A stretch of 64,000 nucleotides of DNA from the human T2T-CHM13v2.0 reference genome, Homo sapiens: NCBI RefSeq assembly GCF_009914755.1, contig NC_060937.1; one strand, 5' to 3'. Position 1 is the first letter of the stretch; every line of letters begins with the position of its first letter. Both the position numbers and the translations under genes were made by a program. Shown here piece after piece: positions 28,568 to 44,356 of the stretch. The notes beneath the pieces were generated by a model. That model was not told the origin of the DNA, did no database searches, and saw only the letters and a list, made by a program, of their open reading frames with translations.

Positions 28568-29599
28568 AATATAAGAAAATTTTGTGCAGCCACTGAATAT
28601 TCTAGAGGAGTACATGCAGAAAGATCCCAAAATAAAATATAACATGCAGAGAAAAATAGCTGAAGAAAGATGTACTTCAATGTCAACTATATCAGTAAAG
28701 TTGTGAAATTATGAGTAATATAATTTTTATTTTTGATGTCCTGTTAAAATTTTTTAAATGAGCATAGCTTGCTTAAATAAAAAGTAACAAGTTAACAAAC
28801 AAATGAATAACTGAATTATATCATACATGACAGCAGCTTTAGTCTAGAGAAACATCTCTTCCTTTTTCATTGCCCTATTCATATTTATTCAATCCCTTCC
28901 TTTCTTCCTGCTCTGATGGCAATTCTTGAGATACATATTTCTTCTCCATAGCCCCTGTCCCGTCAAGAGTTTTTAACCTTCTAGTTCCTACCAATACTTA
29001 TAAACTATACTACCTTATAAAACAACTTTTCCCCTCATCTGCAGGTTATCAACAAATATTAAATCATTGTTCTCTAAAATTATGTATTATAAAGCACAGC
29101 AATGTTATGGTTTGTGTGGTCACACCTGTTGCAGGTTACACATCAATATCACATTGATCACTGTGTTTCCTGAGTTAGTGTGGCTTTTCAACATCCCAGT
29201 GTGTGCCTAACAATAGCTGTTAAATACAGCTATGGCCCCAACAATGGGAGGTGTATGTGGATCATAAGAGTGACCTACACATTGGGTCCACTCAACCACT
29301 TGATCACACAGTAGTTAAGCCACTGGAACTCAACAGACCTGTGATGAAATCCACAGCTCTAAATCCCCAGATATATTTTATAACCTGCCTAGACCTCTCC
29401 TCATTCAAAAGGTGACAAATTTTACAGACTTATTATAATATAAAAAGGCTTACATATTCTGGTAGATGGTAAGTGCTCAAAACATGTAAGCTGCTGTGCT
29501 TTTATAATCATATTATTAGTATCGTTGCTATTAGTGTAATTCTAGATTTTACCTCTCCATTTAATCCTGCTTTCCTTATACATCATTATAATGGGTAAT

Positions 29600-32362
<2,763 letters not shown>

Positions 32363-32738
32363 GTAACTAACAGTGGCTACTGTTTTCTCTAGTGCAACTT
32401 CATTAAGTAACTGTTTTTAAGTTTAATCAGTTAATACACAGAGCCTGAATGGTGAAGTATGTATTAGAGGAAGAAGTCTCATCATGGTTTAAAAGGGTAG
32501 AGAGAGAGAGATCACATAACTGTAGCTCAGATGAGCAGAAGATATTTTAGAGAGTTATCTGGAGAGATTGTGCAATGATACATCACATCTCCTAAGGAAG
32601 AGTTAATTATAAGGACTGGGTGAAGGTGGTGGGTATAAATTTAAAGATAAATTTAGTCAACTCCATAGTTTTACTCTGGGTTAGCTCAGAGCCCAGAGCT
32701 TTGGTGTGGTCTACACTCTGTTTAAAAAACAGTGAGCA

Positions 32739-32875
32739 GGTCAGGTGTGGTAGCTTATGCCAGTAATTTAAGCCCTCTGGGAGGCCAAGATGGAAGGACT
32801 GCTTGAGGCTGAGAGTTCAAGACCCACCTGGGCAACAAAGTGAGATACGAGTCTTTATATAAAATTTTTTAAAAT
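32739..32875 (+). mobile_element. FLAM/AluJ left monomer
   Basis: GGTCAGGTGTGGTAGCT...GCTTGAGGCTGAGAGTTCAAGACC...CTGGGCAACA. Confidence 0.8.
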
Positions 32876-33005
32876 GCAACTCAAACAAACAGAAAACAGA
32901 GAGCAAATACATAGGCGCTTTCTTTGACTTTATAATCTCCAGTTACATAGATAGGCCCTTTCTTGGAGCTTGATATGTGCCTTGTTTTTGTTGTTATTGC
33001 TGTCA

Positions 33006-33527
33006 TTTTTGAGACAGGGTCTTGCTCTGTCACTCAGGCTGAAGAGCAGTGGTGCACTCATGGCTCACTGCAGCCTTCACCTCCTGGGCTCAAGCAATTC
33101 TCCTGCTTCAGCCGGATATGGTTTGGCTGTGTCCCCCAACCTAATCTCATCTTGAATTGTAACTCCCACAATTCCCACGTGTCGTGGGAGGAACCTGGTG
33201 GGAGATGATTGAATTACGGGGGCAGATCTTTCCTGCCCTGCGCTGTTCTCATGATAGTGAATGAGTCTCACGAGGTCTGATGGTTTTAAAAATGGGAATT
33301 TCTTTGCACAAACTCTCTTCTCTTGTCTACCGCCATGTTAGATGTGCCTTTTACCTTCTGCCATGATTGTGAGGCCTCCCCCCCAGCCATGCGAAACTGT
33401 AAGTCCAATAAACCTCTTTCTTTTGTAAAATACCAGTCTCAGGTATGTCTTTAACAGCAGCATGAAAATGGACTAATACAAGCCTCCCAAGTAGCTGGGA
33501 CCACAGGCATGTGCCACCATGCCAACT

Positions 33528-33558
<31 letters not shown>

Positions 33559-33677
33559 GGAGAAAGGCTCTCTCTGTTGCTCAGGTTGATCTTAAACTCC
33601 TGGGTCAAACTATCCTATCCTCCTGCCTCTCCCTCCCAAAGTGTTGGTATTATAGGTGTGAGCCGCTGCACCTGGCC
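33006..33677 (-). mobile_element. AluJ split by a THE1 LTR
   Basis: GAGACAGGGTCTTGCTCTG...CTTCAGCC | LTR | AGCCTCCCAAGTAGCTGG; long central T run. Confidence 0.9.
33114..33480 (+). mobile_element. THE1 solo LTR (THE1C-like)
   Basis: GATATGGTTTGGCTGTGTCCCC...AATTCCCACGTGTCGTGGG...CCAATAAACC...GGACTAATACA; AGCC duplicated. Confidence 0.93.
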
Positions 33678-33902
33678 CCTGCCTTGTTAAATGCATTGTT
33701 TATTAGGCTATTAGTTGATCAGGAAGTCAAAAATACCTAACAAAACACCTAAACTACCCTAGACATAGGGATTTAAAATATGGCTGGGGCAGCAATTTGT
33801 AGGACCACCATGGAGGAAAATGGAGAAAAAAGTCTACCGCCTTCCTGATATATTGCTTCAATTTTGTCATCAATTAAATTCAGAATTTCTGAAAAAAAAT
33901 AC

Positions 33903-34210
33903 TTTATTATTATTATTATTTTGAGACAGGGTCTCACTTTGTCACCCAGGCTGGGGTGCAGAGGCATGATTATGGCCCCCTGCAGCCTTGACCTCCTGGG
34001 CTCAAGTGATCCTCCCACCTCAGCCTCCCAAGTAGCTAGGACTACAGGCACATGCCACCATGCCCAGCTAATTACTGTATTTTTTTGTAGAGATAGGATT
34101 TCAGCATGTGTCTCAGCTGGTCTTGAACTCCTGGGCTCAAGCAATCTGCCTGATTCAGCTTCCCAAAGAGCTGGGATTAAAGCTGTAAGCCACTACACTG
34201 CACCTGGGCT
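33903..34210 (-). mobile_element. AluJ
   Basis: (TTA)n tail, GAGACAGGGTCTCAC, CTCCTGGGCTCAAG in both arms. Confidence 0.93.
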
Positions 34211-34215
34211 AAAAC

Positions 34216-34523
<308 letters not shown>

Positions 34524-35389
34524 TAAAACTTCTTTAGGTGTCTCTACATATCAAATAGTCTTCTATGATCATGGGAAAGAACTGAGTTTAAAAAAAAAAT
34601 TAGGTAGTTGAAAAATCTGAATATGTCAATAAGTATTCTGTTAAATTGTTATAAATGTCATATCACAAATTCCCTTTATTTCTTATCAGGGTATATATTT
34701 TTAGCTATTAAGAGATGATGTGTAAGTTTTTCAGTATAAGAAGCTCTTGAGCAAACCTTAAGAAAAATATGTTTAATACTTACATTGCCCCAAACAAGTT
34801 TCCATGTGTGGAGAAACTTTCTGGTGAGATTCATGTTCACATTTAAAATATCACTATAATCAAAACTTTGGAAAGTGCTAAAGGGTCTGATGGGCACTGA
34901 CTAGCTGCAAAGGGAAGGGAAGGCATGAAAGAAGAAGGCATAGGCTGGGAATCTGGAGACAGAACCAATTCTGGGAACGATTGCTGATTAGCTATGTAGC
35001 TCTAAGTGTCTATCTTTCTTGATCTTAGTTTTCTGGTATGTGTATTGTATTAATGAAAATCTCAGAGGTTCTGTGGGCTCTGTAATTCTATTCTTTTTTT
35101 TCTTTCTTGCACTGTGAATTTTTGCCTTGTCTTTGTTCTCCCTCTTTTGGACTTCTCTGCATCATTTGGCAGTATTGAGAACAATCTCCTTCTTAAAACT
35201 CCATCCCTCGCTTTTATGGTGAGAACAACTCAGGGACTCATTTCAAATACTACTGTCCTCAATCAGAGCTGACCCTCATGGCTCAGTTCCTGAGCTAACT
35301 GAAGCTTCTTGTCTCTTTCTCTCTCTCTCTCTCTCTTATTCTCTCCTTTTTCAGAGAGTTGAAAATATCTAGTGTCTTCCATTAGTCCC

Positions 35390-37643
35390 TGCTGTGGCTT
35401 CAATGCATCCTCCAAAGTTCATGTGTTGCAAACTGAATCCCCAAGGCATGGTGTCTAGAAGTGGGACCTTTAAAAAGTGATTAGGTTACAAGAGTTCTAC
35501 TCTCATAAATGCATTAACAATGTTACTATGGGAGTGAGCTAATTAACATGGGCATTGGTTAGTTATTGCAGGAGTTGGTTCATGAGAAAAGGATGAGTTC
35601 TGTCCCCTTTTCTTCCTCTGTCTCTCATATGCACTCTTTTGCCCTCCTGCTTTCTGTCATGGTATGACACAGCAAGAAGACCCTCACAAGATGCAGTCCC
35701 TCAGTCTTGGAATTCTTAGCCTCCAGACCATGAGCAGAATACATTTCATTTCTTTATAAACTCCAAAATCTCTGGTGTTGTGTTATAGCAGCACAAGCAG
35801 AAAATTGGTACAGAGAATGGGGTTGTTACTGTAACAAATACCTGAAAAGTGGAAGCAGCTTTAGAATTGGGTAATGCATAGAGGCTGGAAAAATTTGGAG
35901 CAGCAAGCTAGTAAAAGCTTGGATTGCTGTGAATGGAGTGGTAAGGGCAATTCTGGTGAGGGGTCAGAAGAAGACAAGAGCTGTAGGAGAACCTAAATCT
36001 TCCTACAGATTACTTAACTGGTCATGGTCAGAATGTTGGTAGAAATATGGAGTGTAAGGGCCATTCCAATACGGTATCAGACAGACATAAGAAGCAAGAT
36101 ATAGATGGTCCCCAACTTAAACAATTTTTTTTACTTTATGATGGTGTGAAAGTAATACGCATTCAATAGAAACAGTTCTTTCAGTACCCATACAACCATC
36201 CTGTTTTTCACTTTCAATATAGCATTCAATAAGTTACATGAGATATTCCATACTAGATTATACAATAGGCTTTTGTCTATAGGCTAATGTGAACATTCTG
36301 AGCATGTTTATGGTAGGCTATCCTAAGCTATGATGTTCAGTAGGTTTGATGTGTTAAATGTATTTTGACTTATTGTATTTTCAACATACAATGGGTTTAT
36401 CAAGATGTAATCACATCATAAGTCAAGGAGCATTGGAAAGTGGAATAAAGGCCATCCTTTATCCTAGTTATACAGTTGTAAAGAACTTCATGGAATTATG
36501 TCCATGTCCTAGAACTTTGTGGAACGGGGGACTCAAGAGTGAGGAACTAGGATATCTGGCAGAAGAAATATCTAAGCAGCAAAGTGTTTAAGCTGTGCAT
36601 AGCTTCTTTTAGATACTTACAGTAAAATGAAGGAAGAGAGAAATGATATAAAAATGGAATTTATAATTAAAACGAAAGCAGAATGGAAAGATTTGGAAAA
36701 ATATCAGCCTGACCATGTAAAGAATAAAAAAGTTTGTTCAGCAGAGAATACTAAGGGTGTGGCCAAGAGACGTTTGCTAAAGAGATTCATATGGATAGAA
36801 GGAAGCCAGGTTCTACTCATCAAGACTATAGGACAATGACCTTGAAGGCATTTCAGAGATCTCCAAGGCAAGCTAGAACTTCAAGGGCAAGGTTTCCAGA
36901 GAGGTACCTACAAGACCTCAACATTCGCTGCCCTACATTGCCTTGGGACTCCACTCCTGGAATTCTGGTACAGCACCCCTCAGCTGCTCTGGCCATGGTT
37001 CAAGTGAGCTGAGGTGTGGCTTCACCTGCCACTCCACAGGGTACAAGCTATAAATCTTGATAACATCCATATGGTGCTAATTCTGAAGGCACACAGAATG
37101 CAAGAGTTGTGGGGCCATGGCAGCCTCCATCTAGGTTTCAAAGGATGTTACAGACAGTCGGGGGCTCAGGCAAAGACTTGTCACAGGGGTGGAGCCACTG
37201 GAGACAGTCCCTGCTAGAGCAATGCCTAGTGGAGCCATGGGAATGGTGTGGCCCCTGAGACCATGAACCACAGAGTCACCAGTGTGCAACTCCAGCCTGG
37301 AAAAACTGCAGGCACAAGACTTTAACTTGTGAGAGCTGCTGGGTGGACTGAGCCCAGCAAAGCCACAGGGGCAGGGCTGCCCTTATTAATTGGGTTAATG
37401 TCATTACCTCAGGAGTGAGTTTGTCATTATCACAGAAGTGAATTCAGTCCTCTCTTGCTATCTCTTGTGCACATTGTCACCATGTGATGCTTTCAGCCTT
37501 ATTACGATGCAGCAATAAGGTCCTCACCAGATACGTCCCCTTGATCTTGAACTTCCCAACCTCCAGAACAGCCCAGTAAACTTCTATTGTTTATAAATTA
37601 CCCATTCTGTGGTACTCTATTATAGCAGCATGAAATGGACACA
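35390..37643 (+). mobile_element. MaLR provirus (MSTC-like) with internal deletion
   Basis: 5' LTR 35390 to ~35797; internal region starts GAAAATTGGTAC; joins a 5'-truncated 3' LTR at ~37384; exact TSD GTCCC. Confidence 0.88.
36102..36435 (-). mobile_element. MER47A-like Tigger MITE inside the MaLR internal region
   Basis: Inverted ends AGATGGTCCCCAACTTA / TAAGTCAAGGAGCAT; GTAGGCTATCCTAAGCTATGATGTTC core. Confidence 0.85.
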
Positions 37644-38999
37644 GTCCCTTTACCTTGATAACTTATAAATCTCTATCTCTATGCCATATGACATCACATC
37701 ACACAATGGAAAGAACATGAATTTGGGGCTTTAACAATACTTAGGTTCTTTAACTCAGGACTTTGTGAAGATTTACTGAAAATAACTTTTCCAGTTTTAC
37801 AAATTAAAAAACACAGGATGAGAGAGGTCAGATGAATTTCTCACCCAGCTCCTAAATTGGACCTGACCCAAATTACCAGGAGAATGCTCAGTCTTAGTAT
37901 AGAACAGATTTCAATAGACGTTTAGTAAAGTACTCTGGAATCCCTGCCCAGGAAGGGTATTAAAAGAAACAAATTCTGAGCTGAGTAAGTACTCAGGTTG
38001 GTGGTTATCTAATGTTTGCTTTTCATAATTTATTTAACAATTCTTTCCAAATAATTATTCAGTTGTCCATTAACTACATATTTGGTACAGCAGAATAAAA
38101 CAAACAAAAAACAGTGGTACATCAGAATAAACTGGTCTCTTCAAATAGCAACTCAGAGTCTTTCAAGTAGACATCCTACCTTAGAGGACATCAAAGTTTG
38201 TTTGAAATGGAAACAGCCTCTCCAAAATGAGTCTTCAAAGGTTGCAAAGTACCACAGAAGAGCTTTAAATTTAGGCTTTTTTTCCTGTGGTACTTTAAGT
38301 ATAACAGATGGGTCTTCATAATTAGCATCACATTTGCATTTTTCTCTCCACAAAAAAGAGCTAATAATCTTAGAAGGAGAATTAAAAAGCATCATTCCAT
38401 CATATTTTTATTGATCTTATTTATAATTTGTATGCCAAGTCTTCTTTAAGATACCTATTACTTTCAACTCTCTCCTGGGAGATGAACAAATTTACAAATG
38501 AGGAAATGAGCATGGTAGTTAGGAGCACAAACTTGAAAATGACTTTGGGATGATAACTCACTGGAAGGCCCTGATAAAGTGGAAGAAATATGAAGATTCA
38601 GATACAGCCTGAAGCCCATCTATGTAATCTCCTCCAACAGAGTAGGCCTACTTATCTTTTGTGTATGTATCTATGAGACTCCCATCCTCTCCTGTGCACT
38701 GTAACTCCTACCACTCAGAACCATTTAGTTGAAAGGTGCTATGAAATAAGAGGAATCATTGAACAAACTGTCCTCATAGGCAAGCTCTCAAGCTCTCCCG
38801 ATGTACAGCTGGAGACAGCTATTGATGAACTATGGTGGGTGCAGAAGTTAAACAGATACCATCTGCAGAGCACAGAGTAAGCAGAGGCCCTAGGACATTC
38901 AGCATGGGACAGTATACCCTGAGAGAACTGGGCCAGGGTAAACAAAGATCGTGTCCCAACTGTGTACCACAATCAACGTCGTATCTGAGGATCTCGGTG

Positions 39000-39175
39000 A
39001 TCCTCATAGCTTCCCTATGAGGCTGATACCATCTTCATTCTGTAGCTAGAGAAACTAAGATTTAGGAAAGTAAACCATATTGCCCAAAGTACTCTAGTTA
39101 AGTGGCAAAGCCGGTATTTTCATTTAGGTCCCGTCCAATAGCAAACTTCACGATACTAAGTGGCATGCCATTTTG
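39000..39175. mobile_element. MIR fragment
   Basis: CCCTATGAGG...GAAACTAAGA...TTGCCCAAAGT...AAGTGGCAAAGCC. Confidence 0.7.
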
Positions 39176-39204
39176 ACCTGTTAACTATATGCAATACATT
39201 TGCT

Positions 39205-39401
39205 CTGGTAAAGGTTTTGCTTTAATTTGTCCATATCCAATCCCTCATAATCAATAACACAACTTTGTAAGTCACCTGAATACGAATAAGGAGTGTAATC
39301 AATGACCAAGAAACAGAAAAGATAAACTGGTTCACAGGGAGATTGAGCCCTCGACCTTAAGCTCTCTAGAGCTGAATTCTAACCAACCCAGTTAATTAGC
39401 C
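39205..39401 (-). mobile_element. Ancient tRNA-derived SINE (MamSINE1-like)
   Basis: First 74 nt on - align without gaps to tRNA-Ile(AAT) (45/74 by hand, against the remembered sequence), followed by a MamSINE1-like body. Confidence 0.7.
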
Positions 39402-39508
39402 ACAGACTATTAAATGAACAAATTAGAGCCCAAATCCTTTCAAACCACAAATCTAAGTTGGCCTTGTATAGGAACACAGAGTTAAATATGTACTGATTTT
39501 GTTTCATA

Positions 39509-39608
39509 TCAGATGGGTAATGTGCCAACATCCTAATAAGGCTGAAGAAGGCACATCTCACACGTTACTGTGAAACCCAATCATCACGCTTATGAAGCAC
39601 AAAAGGAT
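39509..39608 (-). pseudogene. U13 (SNORD13) snoRNA retrocopy
   Basis: Minus strand ATCCTTTTGTGCTTCATAAGCGTGATGATTGGG...GTGTGAGATGTGCC...GGCACATTACCCATCTGA; 17-bp TSD AATATGTACTGATTTTG/AATATGCACTGAATTTG. Confidence 0.93.
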
Positions 39609-42600
39609 CAATATGCACTGAATTTGAGTGTGCCCATTTAGTACAGTGCAGACTCTCTTGAGTGTCCCCAAATAGATGAAATTATAAGGGAAATTTTCAT
39701 AATCTTTTTTTAAGCTTTCTCTTGCTGTTCATAATGCCTATACTTCACGATATTTTTTTTAAATTGATATATCTAATTTAGGAATCAAGTCTTTAAGAGG
39801 ATCCTGGTTGAACTGCCAATTTTTCATCAGATTCATTAAACTCCACCCCATAGGTAAGATCAGACCTGGAATTCTTGAGTTGGAGAGTACTCCATGAAAG
39901 ATACTGTGTGTCCTAAATGAAAAGCAGTAATACCACAAATCTAATTGATAAGATCTGCAAGCCCAGAGAGCCTGAAAGAGGAATTCCCTTTTGTTGCTAC
40001 TGGACTTCAGGCCTCTTCAACAACACATGGAGTATATTCTGCACCCAGGGCTCAGTCTTACCCATCCACTTCTCAGTGGCACCAAGGTCACTCAACGGTT
40101 GAGTTCTCACACAGCAAGAGAGGAAAAGGGAAGGATGCAAGAAGAGGGAGATCCATCCCCGACCTAGTATAGTATTTGGGCCATTGCTCTTCTCCACCCT
40201 TCATAAATTACTGATAATTTTGAAAAGTCTGGAAAGTGAGAAACAGGAAGGATAAGGAGAAACTATAAGGAAAAAGGAGGGAATTCATCTGGGGATGTTC
40301 TTCCATTCCTCTTTCCTCATCCAGACCCTTCACATAGTCCTCCCATCTTCATTCTAATTCCTTGACCCTGAATATTTGTGCTACCCTCTTCCCAAATCCT
40401 AATCTCCTTCATTGTAGCCAGGCACCAGGCCAAATCAATCACACATTCAGAACTGTGGGAGTCTCCTCCCAGTTCTCAGGGGTGGTGGGAAGGCACAGAT
40501 CTCAAAGCTACAGAGTTTCAGTGAGAGCAGATTTGTTGCTTGCATTTAAATTTTTGGAAGCCTCACTTTTCATGGAAATAATGTTCTCCAAGATGACTCA
40601 GTTTGATAGCACTGTTATTCAGGGTACATTTTGTGTTAAATATGCTCTTGTCTATTGGCCTCAGATCCTACATATCATAATATAATATTCTGAGGTCCAA
40701 ACAAATACATTATGGAACACGACCTGCTTCTATGCAGGAGCTTTGTCTGTACTGCACATTTATTCATCAGGTAGGAAAGTGGGGAAGTTTGCAAAATAGA
40801 GAAGGATTCTTTAAAGAGGCGGGAACAAGGTTATCTAAAGAATCTAGCACATTGGCTAAATTATATAATTATGAAAAGAGCAGACATTAGGCACAAGAGA
40901 AATTCATCATTTTTGTATCTCTACTTTCATTTTCTGTAAACAATGTACAACTTAACGTACAAAATTGCTATGATCAGGTCTGCTGGTAGTTCTAGATTTA
41001 AATATGGAAAAGCCTCATTAACAGAAATCACATGCCTACAATTCTTTTTAACAGAACTTTTGGTTGTCCAAACCATCATTCATGAGAGAACTCTAAATTC
41101 AGACAGGTGAAATACACTTTTAATTTACTGATGTTAATCCAACCAGATCATTTGGAAATATTTAAAATGCCTGTAACAGGAACCATTTACTGGAAGACTA
41201 TAATGAATTACTTAATGTGCTTATTTCAGGACAAAACTAAGAGTAATATTCTACTTTGTAAAGGGGATTAGATTTGCAATGAAAGGAACTTACTGGGGAA
41301 ACTGGCCAATTGAAAGCTGGCAAAACAATGTGAGCAGATGCATTAGAAGTCATCTGATCTGGGGAGCTAATCCCAATGCTGTCAGACCTTCTAAAACTGC
41401 CTCAACCATGTCAATGCACAAATGGAAACTTATTGCTAGTCTGCAGCTTTAATAGGGCAAGGGAGGTGCTACTGGCCTCACAAGCCAGGGAAGCTTTTCC
41501 ACTGCATCTCGGCTGCATGGGCCTCCAGCACTCACAGATACAGACGTCCACATCAACTGTAAACTGACCCTCTGTTCTGAATGACCAGTGATATTCCTCA
41601 CTACATTTCACGACAGTTACTTGAAATATGCACTAAACACATATGTGTAAAATGTACTTAAATGGCAAACCAAAGAATTAACACCTGATTCTAAATCTGA
41701 CAAATTAATAAAGTAATATTTACTTATACGGTTATAAAAGGTTAGTGTTATAATAAAAAATGTCCTCATTTGTCCTGGTCAAGGGTGTGAATGGATATGA
41801 AATAAGAAAATATGAAAAAGTAGTATTGATAGGAAAAGTATTTTCCAACATTGCAATTGTTATGATTTTCCCACAATATTATTTACAGAAGTAGATTTAC
41901 AATTTTGCCATTTGAAAAATATTGTAACTGTGAAATAGTTAACATTCAGTTTAAAGTTTGGGATTTAAAATGAGCCTAAATTGACGAAACAGACTGCCTT
42001 ACCTTTAATTTATATGATGGAACTTGTTTTCAGGACAGAATATAAGATATACAGATTGAGCCAAATCATCTAAGCAATTAAGATTTCATTATTGTGGATA
42101 CCACTGGAGCCCACACTGAAAACTGAGTGCTATTAACCTAAAGATTTAAAGTCACGATATCTGTGACTCAGTTGCCAAGTCCATCCAAGGTCAATGGTTA
42201 AGAGTTCAATGATTCTGAAAGTAGCAAAAAAAAAAAAAAAAGGAATTTCAAACTAAGATTGAATAGTTTGCTAATTTCCACAGCTCTGCATCAGACTTAC
42301 CTTCCCTGGCTTCTTCTTATAACATCTCCTTTATCCACAAATACTCATCTGACAATCTCATATATTTGGAACACAACTGAGAATCAATTAGCCAAGTCAC
42401 AAAAGTCAAGCCATCAAATTCTTTGCTCTGTCTTGGAGGAGAAACTCATACACCATCAATTTTACAGATTATTTGCTTTTATGCTTTACCTAAAAATATT
42501 ACAAATTTGGCAACCTGTTTTCTAAATCTCTAAAGAGTCTAAATTTCTAAAGAATGTTAGAAGCCATAAATAAATGGGGTTAGTACTTGTTATAGGTTCT

Positions 42601-43086
42601 ATGAGAGCAGAGATACAATAGTAGACAAAATAGAAAATCTGTCAAAACTGACTAAAGCTTAAAAAGCACAATAGTCTGGGGATACTGCAGTGAGAACCAA
42701 TATAACTCAATAGGTCCTGCTGGCATCATGGTACTGCATTCATAGTAGAAGAGTTGATGTTCATTCTGATGTCTGATTCATTCAGAAAGTTCCTATTTTG
42801 TTTGGTTTAGTCAGTTTAATGAGTTATGAAAGTACTAATTCATTTTAGAAAGCTATCCATTTAAAAGGCTTAAAACAATATGTATGTGTATGTGGGTGTG
42901 TGGGTGTGAGATATCTACCTAGATATGGCTATATAAAGAGATATCTGTGTCTCTCTCTATCTATCCATGCTTAGATTCTAAGAACTTCAAGCTGATTTTG
43001 CCTACACTCAGTAGGTGCTGCTAGTACACCCAGGTGTACTAAGTGGGTGGCTTCTTGATTTGAACCACTAAATAGTGGGGTTTTGG

Positions 43087-43164
43087 TAGGTCTGAACCAA
43101 GTGAATTCCGTTTCTGTAGGTCAAAAACAGTCAAATATCAGTCATTTCATATGGCTCCAGCTAA
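43087..43164. mobile_element. MADE2 mariner MITE
   Basis: TAGGTCTGAACCA...TGTAGGTCAAAAACAGTCAAATATC...ATTTCATATGGCTCCAGCTAA, about 80 bp with inverted ends. Confidence 0.8.
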
Positions 43165-44315
43165 TGTTATTATGGGCCATTTTGTGATATGTATAATATT
43201 CCCATACAGTATTTTACTTAGCTGAATTATAAAATTAAATTAGACTATAAACATACAGTAACTGAGCAGTAGGGACCCTGAACTGCAAAGAAAAATGTGA
43301 TTAATGTCACAATAGAAGTAAAAATAATAAAACAAAACCTGATATTTAAGAGTTCACATATTAGGACCCTCAATTACCACAAATTTACCACGAAGAGTTT
43401 TATTCTAACTCACAATAATACTAGGTAATATTTTATTTCTACTCTCCGGAAGATAGCTGGATTGTAAACACCAGTTGCTGGCTTATGATTGCCCAGGAAA
43501 TGTGCACTGAAGCTAAAATGGAAACTTGTCAGGTTTTTCTCCCAGTCATGAGATCCATTTTGTTTGTTTATTTATTTATTAAGGGGGAGATGTGTGATTA
43601 AAAATAGTTTACAGAGTCAATGGAAGATACTATTAAGTTTGTTCATATTTCTGTTAAAAACAAGAAAACCTGAACTTTTGTTTTATTCTGCAGCAACTAA
43701 GATATTGGGTGATTAACAATGGGTAAAGGAAAAACATCAATTGGCAGTATGATTTTATTATAAGTAAATTTATTTCCAAGCTGGGAATATGCTTTGTGAT
43801 TTCAGAAGATCAGGGTTTATAATCATTGTTAACCTTGCTGAGAAACAGTTGGCCTGTAGCCAACCTATTACATAACCTAGCCAAAGAAAGAAAACTGTTT
43901 CACAAAAAGCCACTAAATCAAACTCGCACTATTGTTGGCTATTAAATGAGCTTGTTTTGAACTCAAATGTATGCTCTTCAGAAGATTAAAGTAGTATGTT
44001 TAGAAAGTACATAAAAGCTGTTTATAACAAAGCAGGGTCTTATAATGATAGTTTAATTCCTTACATGTCCTATCAGCATATGTCTCTACTGTTAATATTT
44101 TCTTTTTAATAAGTCTCATAAAGTAGGTTGAGCCAAATAGATTCTCCTTTCCTGGTCTTTTTTAAAGCATTATCAAGTTACACCCTTTACTAATATTCCT
44201 AAAGATCTAAAGATTCTAGTATATATTCAAGTAATTCCTGTTAAATATTGTGAGAAAAATCCTATCTAAGCATAGTAATAAAACTATAGAAAGCAGAAGT
44301 GTAAAACTACAGGAA

Positions 44316-44356
44316 ATATGTGTGTGTGTGTGTGTGTGTGCGCATGCACGTGCATA
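44316..44356. repeat. (TG)11 with extended purine-pyrimidine alternation
   Basis: ATA(TG)11CGCATGCACGTGCATA. Confidence 0.92.

Noticed and set aside
39328-39401. Possible functional tRNA-Ile gene
   Set aside because: Only about 61% identity, anticodon arm destroyed, and it continues into a SINE body.
40655-40700. Imperfect inverted repeat TTGGCCTCAGA...TCTGAGGTCCAA
   Set aside because: Short gapped stem with a long AT loop; compatible with chance.
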